This document shows, piece after piece, positions 28,739 through 32,000 of a stretch of 32,000 nt of DNA. The DNA is from Candidatus Saccharimonadota bacterium. Its GTDB lineage: Bacteria; Patescibacteriota; Gracilibacteria; UBA1369; 2-02-FULL-48-14. The first letter of the stretch is position 1; each line of letters opens with the position of its first letter. A model generated the notes under the pieces. The model had not been told where the DNA came from. It ran no database searches and saw only the letters and a program-made list of their open reading frames with translations. Made by a program: the position numbers and the translations under genes. The stretch lies in the NCBI GenBank assembly GCA_965230905.1, contig OZ246396.1, positions 1,080,001 through 1,112,000 on the forward strand. The letters run 5' to 3'.

Positions 28739-29761
28739 ATGAGCACATTCTTACCCTTGTTTTTTGCTATCCTTGCTTCGCTTGAAACAGGTTCTGCAGC
28801 TGCCGATGAAATCTCCGAACCCTCTGCCGTGGTTTTGAGTGATACGGTTATAGCTGAAGTGCTTGATTCATGCCCTTCCTTAACACTAGTGACGCCAAAA
28901 CCTCTGGCTGCCGAAACATTCCCTGCTCTGTCGGCTGAAGTGATCCTAGCTAGCGAAGCGGATGACGATTTCGACGATTTCTTTGAAGACATTAGTGAGC
29001 TCTTAATCACAATAATCGAATCTAATGAGGATTCAGACGACGATTCAGATCTCCCTGATAGGGAAGTTCACGTTTCCGTCACCAACAATAGCTCAGTTAC
29101 GGATAATTCCGATAATAGCTCCGTTGTAACCACTATTTCGAATGTCCGCACAGAGATTCGCAGTTGGATAAATGCTTCTCATCATAACAACAGTGACAAC
29201 TCTAGTGATAGCTCTCAAGAAACGGTTGATGTGACGGTGGACGATCATTCAAATAGTGATAACTCTTCTGATGACTATTCCAATAGTGATAATTCCGAAG
29301 ACGATCATTCAAATAGCGATAATTCCGAAGATGATCACTCCAATAGTGACAACCGTCATGACTACGGTGAATGGTGGGCTTATCAAGACAATTCCCAAAA
29401 TAACGATGACAATAGCAGCGATGGAGACGACGATGATGAAGGTGGAAATGGCAACGGTAATGGCAGCGGAGATGAAAATGACGTAGATGTGGACAATGAC
29501 TCTCACGATAACTCGGTCAATGGCAACAATCTCGTCAATGGAAGTGCCGATGGTTCAAGCTTTGATCATAACAATGAGAACAACGATTCAACTTCTACCA
29601 ATGTGGATGCTTCGAACTCAGATCATGGCCCTCGTGTGAACCAAGATCCAAACCCTAACCCAAATCCAAACCCAAACCCAAATCAGAATCAGGGTCAGAA
29701 TCAGGATCCTCTAAACAATGGACCTCGTAACAATGGAAATGGACGTCCAAATAAGGACTAA
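28739..29761 (+). CDS. secreted Asp/Ser/Asn-rich low-complexity repeat protein, 340 aa from the ATG at 28739
   Basis: Signal peptide MSTFLPLFFAILASLETGSAAA|DE; repeats DDHSNSDNSE and (NP)n/(NQ)n. The upstream TTG at 28685 was judged a less likely start. Confidence 0.7.
   Translation: MSTFLPLFFAILASLETGSAAADEISEPSAVVLSDTVIAEVLDSCPSLTLVTPKPLAAETFPALSAEVILASEADDDFDDFFEDISELLITIIESNEDSDDDSDLPDREVHVSVTNNSSVTDNSDNSSVVTTISNVRTEIRSWINASHHNNSDNSSDSSQETVDVTVDDHSNSDNSSDDYSNSDNSEDDHSNSDNSEDDHSNSDNRHDYGEWWAYQDNSQNNDDNSSDGDDDDEGGNGNGNGSGDENDVDVDNDSHDNSVNGNNLVNGSADGSSFDHNNENNDSTSTNVDASNSDHGPRVNQDPNPNPNPNPNPNQNQGQNQDPLNNGPRNNGNGRPNKD
29240..29359 (+). repeat. four tandem 30-bp coding repeats
   Basis: Units start at 29240, 29270, 29300 and 29330 (gacgatcattcaaatagtgataa...). 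Each encodes D-D-H/Y-S-N-S-D-N-S-E/S variants. Confidence 0.85.
29648..29707 (+). repeat. hexanucleotide coding microsatellite (CCA AAC type)
   Basis: ccaaaccctaacccaaatccaaacccaaacccaaat followed by cagaatcagggtcagaatcag, encoding NPNPNPNPNPNQNQGQNQ. Confidence 0.85.
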
Positions 29762-29784
29762 TAGATCTCAGGGAATAGCAGCTT

Positions 29785-29813
29785 AAGAAGGCATCTGAAT
29801 AAGGTGTCTTTTT
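29785..29813 (+). terminator. candidate terminator of the repeat-protein gene
   Basis: aagaaggcatc (29785-29795) pairs with ggtgtcttttt (29803-29813) using three G-U pairs. It therefore folds better on the plus-strand RNA. It ends in a U-tract. Confidence 0.35.
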
Positions 29814-29829
29814 AAGTTAGGAGATAGTG

Positions 29830-29940
29830 ATGGTGGGCGCTAGACGCTTCGCTTACGAACCCTGGGTTCTCATCCCTGCGTTCACAGATTCGTAAAGCCA
29901 CCGAACCTGAAGGTCCGTTGTCTTTAGAATGGTGGGCGCT
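29830..29940 (-). repeat. 12-bp direct duplication of the tRNA-Val 3' end
   Basis: atggtgggcgct occurs at 29830-29841 and again at 29929-29940. The second copy includes the acceptor 3' strand plus CCA of tRNA-Val. Confidence 0.8.
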
Positions 29941-30006
29941 GGGGGATTCGAACCCTCGACCCCCTCGGTGTAAACGAGGTGCTCTAACCAGCTGAGCTAA
30001 GCGCCC
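29930..30006 (-). tRNA. tRNA-Val (anticodon UAC), CCA encoded
   Basis: Hand fold: acceptor GGGCGCT/AGCGCCC; D arm GCTC-AGCTGGTTA-GAGC; anticodon arm CCTCG-TTTACAC-CGAGG; T arm GAGGG-TTCGAAT-CCCCC (one A-C mismatch); 3' ACCA. Confidence 0.85.
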
Positions 30007-30007
30007 G

Positions 30008-30056
30008 ATATGGAGTCGCTGACGCGACGGCTTTTTGTACGCTCGCCTTTGGCGAG
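30008..30056 (-). repeat. two-hairpin element, copy A, immediately upstream of tRNA-Val
   Basis: Plus-strand hairpins: gtcgc-tgac-gcgac (30015-30028) and ctcgcc-ttt-ggcgag (30042-30056). It is homologous to copy B with identical spacing. Confidence 0.7.
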
Positions 30057-30058
30057 TT

Positions 30059-30147
30059 TGGTGCGCAGGAGAGGACTTGAACCTCCAATCCCGGTAAAGG
30101 GAGCTACCACCTCAAGGTAGTGCGTCTGCCAATTTCGCCACCTGCGC
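30059..30147 (-). tRNA. tRNA-Leu (anticodon GAG), class II with long variable arm, CCA encoded
   Basis: Hand fold: acceptor GCGCAGG/CCTGCGC; D arm GCG-AAATTGGCAGA-CGC; anticodon arm CTACC-TTGAGGT-GGTAG; 17-nt variable arm; T arm GGAGG-TTCAAGT-CCTCT; 3' ACCA. Confidence 0.85.
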
Positions 30148-30157
30148 ATGAGAACTT

Positions 30158-30205
30158 ATATTGAGTCGCTCGCGCGACACCTTTTTTACCGCTCACCTTG
30201 GTGAG
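30158..30205 (-). repeat. two-hairpin element, copy B, upstream of tRNA-Leu
   Basis: Plus-strand hairpins: gtcgc-tcgc-gcgac (30165-30178) and ctcacc-tt-ggtgag (30192-30205). The G-C pair of copy A (30045/30053) is replaced by an A-T pair (30095/30202). Confidence 0.7.
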
Positions 30206-30228
30206 TAGCGAACGCATTTTAGCGCATC

Positions 30229-30258
30229 TTGCGAAGAGTACAAGTTTTTTTGTATGAT
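30229..30258 (+). promoter_or_regulatory. candidate promoter of the MgtC-family gene
   Basis: TTGCGA (30229-30234), 18-nt spacer, TATGAT (30253-30258), 23 nt upstream of the ATG. Confidence 0.35.
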
Positions 30259-30281
30259 GGATTCATCCACCGCCCGAAAAT

Positions 30282-31574
30282 ATGGTTGAAAAAATCCTGT
30301 TCCTCGAGAACCTGGGCCTTGCCCTGCTTTTGGGCAGTTTGATTGGGCTTGAGCGTGAACGGAACCGCCATAAGGCTGATGCGCATGAATTTGGAGGTAT
30401 TCGGACGCTTTCGCTCATCAGTGTGCTCGGCTATCTGGCTTTCAGCCTTTTTGCCGATTCTGTTCTGTTTCCTGTGGTGACGGGCGGCTTTTTGCTTTTG
30501 CTGATTGCGTCCTATGTGATGTCGGCGTATTTGGACAAACGAACCGGGGCCACCACTGAACTGGCCGGCTTTTTTACTTATTTTGTGGGAATTTTGATGG
30601 GGATGGGGGAGACGCTCATCGCCACGGTCATTACGCTGGTGGTGGTGATGCTCCTGTACTTTAAAGAAGCGCTGCACCGTTTTGCTCATAAGGTTGAAAA
30701 GGAGGAACTTTACGACACCATTAAGTTCATCGCCATTGTTTTTGTGATCCTGCCGCTGCTGCCCAATGAAACTTTTGGACCGCTGAATGTGCTGAACCCG
30801 TATGAGATTTGGCTCATGGTGGTGCTGATTTCTACGATTTCTTTTGCCAGTTACATCGCCATTAAAGTGGTGGGGCCGCGAAAAGGCATTGGAGTGGGCG
30901 GCTTTTTGGGTGGACTCATCTCTTCCACGGCCGTGGCGCTCAGTTTTTCAGGTTTGAGTAAGAAGAGCCCCAAGGTGGTGACCCCCTTTGTTTTTGCCAT
31001 TTTGGTGGCGGCATCGGCCATGTTTTTCCGTGTTTTGGTCACGGTTTCGGTGCTGAACCCCGAGCTGATTTCCATTATTGCCTTGCCGATGGGAGTGATG
31101 GGAGCCACGGGTTTGCTGGCGGCCGCGTATTTTTGGTTTAAAAAAGAACAGACTTCGTACGCCAAATTCAGTGCCAGCGATTTGGACCTAAAAAGCCCTT
31201 TTCAGCTGCGTTTAGCGGTGAAATTCGGGCTTATTTTTACGTCTTTGATCTTCATTTCCAAGTTCGCGGCGGACTATTTTGGGGACGACGGAGTTTATTT
31301 GACCGCCTTTTTCTCGGGAATTTTTGATGTGGACGCCATCACGGTGTCCATGGCCGATTTGCATCGAGATGGATCGGTGAGCGCCATGACCGCTTCCACC
31401 GCCATTGTTATCGCCGCGCTCACCAACACTCTTTCTAAGGGCGCGATTGTATTGGCTTTGGGTTCACGGGCAGTTGGGCTGCGAGTTTTACTAGCTCTGC
31501 TTCTTGTGGCGGGTGTAGGATTGGCTTCCTTACTTCTCCTTGTACCTGAATATTATGGCCTTATTGCAATCTAG
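30282..31574 (+). CDS. MgtC/SapB-family membrane protein with a DUF4010-type C-terminal extension, 430 aa
   Basis: N-terminal MgtC signature LLLGSLIGLERERNRH....GGIRT, followed by about 10 further hydrophobic helices. Confidence 0.75.
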   Translation: MVEKILFLENLGLALLLGSLIGLERERNRHKADAHEFGGIRTLSLISVLGYLAFSLFADSVLFPVVTGGFLLLLIASYVMSAYLDKRTGATTELAGFFTYFVGILMGMGETLIATVITLVVVMLLYFKEALHRFAHKVEKEELYDTIKFIAIVFVILPLLPNETFGPLNVLNPYEIWLMVVLISTISFASYIAIKVVGPRKGIGVGGFLGGLISSTAVALSFSGLSKKSPKVVTPFVFAILVAASAMFFRVLVTVSVLNPELISIIALPMGVMGATGLLAAAYFWFKKEQTSYAKFSASDLDLKSPFQLRLAVKFGLIFTSLIFISKFAADYFGDDGVYLTAFFSGIFDVDAITVSMADLHRDGSVSAMTASTAIVIAALTNTLSKGAIVLALGSRAVGLRVLLALLLVAGVGLASLLLLVPEYYGLIAI

Positions 31575-31575
31575 T

Positions 31576-32000
31576 ATGGTTCCGCTGGGTACGCCGGCGC
31601 CTGATTTTAATCTACTGGGCACGGATGACGTGATGCACACGCTAGCTGCTTACGCCGACAAAAAGGTTCTGGCGGTGATTTTTATGTGCAACCACTGTCC
31701 CTATGTGCAAAAGATGTGGGACGACATGGTGGCTTTGGAAAAACGCCTGCCCGAAACGGTGCAGTTTGTGGGTATCAATTCTAATGCAAATCCCGCGTAT
31801 CCAGAAGATTCTTTTGAGAAAATGAAAGAATACGCCCAGCAAAAAGGCCAAGAGTTTCCGTATTTGTACGATGCGGACCAAATAGCCGCCAAGGCTTATG
31901 GCGCCCAGTGCACTCCGGACATCTTTGTATATGGAGAGGAGCGGACGTTGGCGTACCGCGGGGCCTTTGAAGGTCTGGAAGGGGCCGTGAATACGCTCCT
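31576..32000 (+). CDS. thioredoxin-fold thiol-disulfide oxidoreductase (AhpC/TSA-like family), 5' partial, runs off the window
   Basis: My own translation: MVPLGTPAPDFNLLGTDDVMHTLAAYADKKVLAVIFMCNHCPYVQKMWDDM...QKGQEFPYLYDADQIAAKAYGAQCTPDIFVY. It contains a CNHC redox motif. It is absent from the ORF track because no stop lies in the window. Confidence 0.7.
   Translation, partial: MVPLGTPAPDFNLLGTDDVMHTLAAYADKKVLAVIFMCNHCPYVQKMWDDMVALEKRLPETVQFVGINSNANPAYPEDSFEKMKEYAQQKGQEFPYLYDADQIAAKAYGAQCTPDIFVYGEERTLAYRGAFEGLEGAVNTL

Noticed and set aside
29240-29359. Regular 30-bp repeats that could superficially suggest a CRISPR array
   Set aside because: The units are contiguous with no spacers, are in frame and encode the DDHSNSDNSE repeat of a secreted protein. 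No cas genes are present.
29831-29929. Possible additional tRNA, tRNA pseudogene or tmRNA 3' domain ending in GCGCCCACCA
   Set aside because: I could not fold a cloverleaf. There is no matching 5' acceptor strand (GGGCGCT) and no T-loop (GTTCGAAT-like) at the right distance. I kept it only as a duplicated 3'-end fragment in the findings.
12768-29940. Genomic island, prophage or conjugative element spanning the orphan genes and ending at the tRNA genes
   Set aside because: No integrase, transposase, relaxase, phage structural gene or inverted-repeat ends were seen. Housekeeping genes (lepA, glyA, htrA) are interspersed. The only att-like repeat encloses about 87 bp.
30148-30281. Mg2+ riboswitch (M-box) upstream of the MgtC-family gene
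   Set aside because: The space between the candidate promoter and the ATG is only about 20 nt. The remaining upstream sequence is occupied by the tRNA-Leu leader element, so there is no room for an aptamer of about 160 nt.

Overview
This 32-kb window comes from a compact, gene-dense bacterial genome. It uses the standard genetic code: TGA acts as a stop inside several ATGA start/stop overlaps. A few 60-nt samples I counted by hand gave about 38-50% GC. Almost no start codon has a Shine-Dalgarno motif.

Layout:
1. A 23S-5S rRNA operon with its own consensus promoter. There is no 16S and no spacer tRNA in the 470 nt upstream.
2. A roughly 9-kb co-directional type IV pilus (Com-like) operon: pilB, pilC, four minor pilins, a pilM-pilN fusion, a pilO-like gene, a small membrane protein and the major pilin. 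No secretin, pilD or pilT is present in the window. One minor pilin is a 621-aa protein carrying seven LVIVD-type beta-propeller repeats.
3. A convergent minus-strand trio: a PrgI/VirB3-like membrane protein, a VirB4 N-terminal-domain protein with no ATPase domain, and a divergent RelA/SpoT-type HD-domain protein.
4. lepA, followed without real gaps by a solo family-5 substrate-binding lipoprotein, a membrane HAMP-PP2C phosphatase and a 622-aa orphan.
5. glyA with 5-formyl-THF cyclo-ligase, then an HtrA protease.
6. A minus-strand pair (a 289-aa orphan and a 505-aa cysteine-rich, internally duplicated protein). It is divergent from a TrmB-family regulator and a secreted Asp/Ser/Asn-rich repeat protein.
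7. tRNA-Val(UAC) and tRNA-Leu(GAG), each preceded by a copy of a conserved two-hairpin element.
8. An MgtC/DUF4010 membrane protein and the 5' part of a thioredoxin-like gene.

The gene content (secretin-less pilus, Ala at -1 in the pilins, 23S apparently unlinked from 16S, PrgI-like gene, many orphans) fits a monoderm, small-genome uncultivated lineage such as CPR/Patescibacteria. That placement is inference only.

I saw no CRISPR array, integrase, transposase or recognisable toxin or defence gene. The most interesting candidates are the pilin-fused propeller, the ATPase-less VirB3/VirB4N/HD trio, the SBP/HAMP-PP2C/orphan operon and the structured repeats around the tRNAs. All functional calls rest on motif recognition by eye. 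No database search was run.
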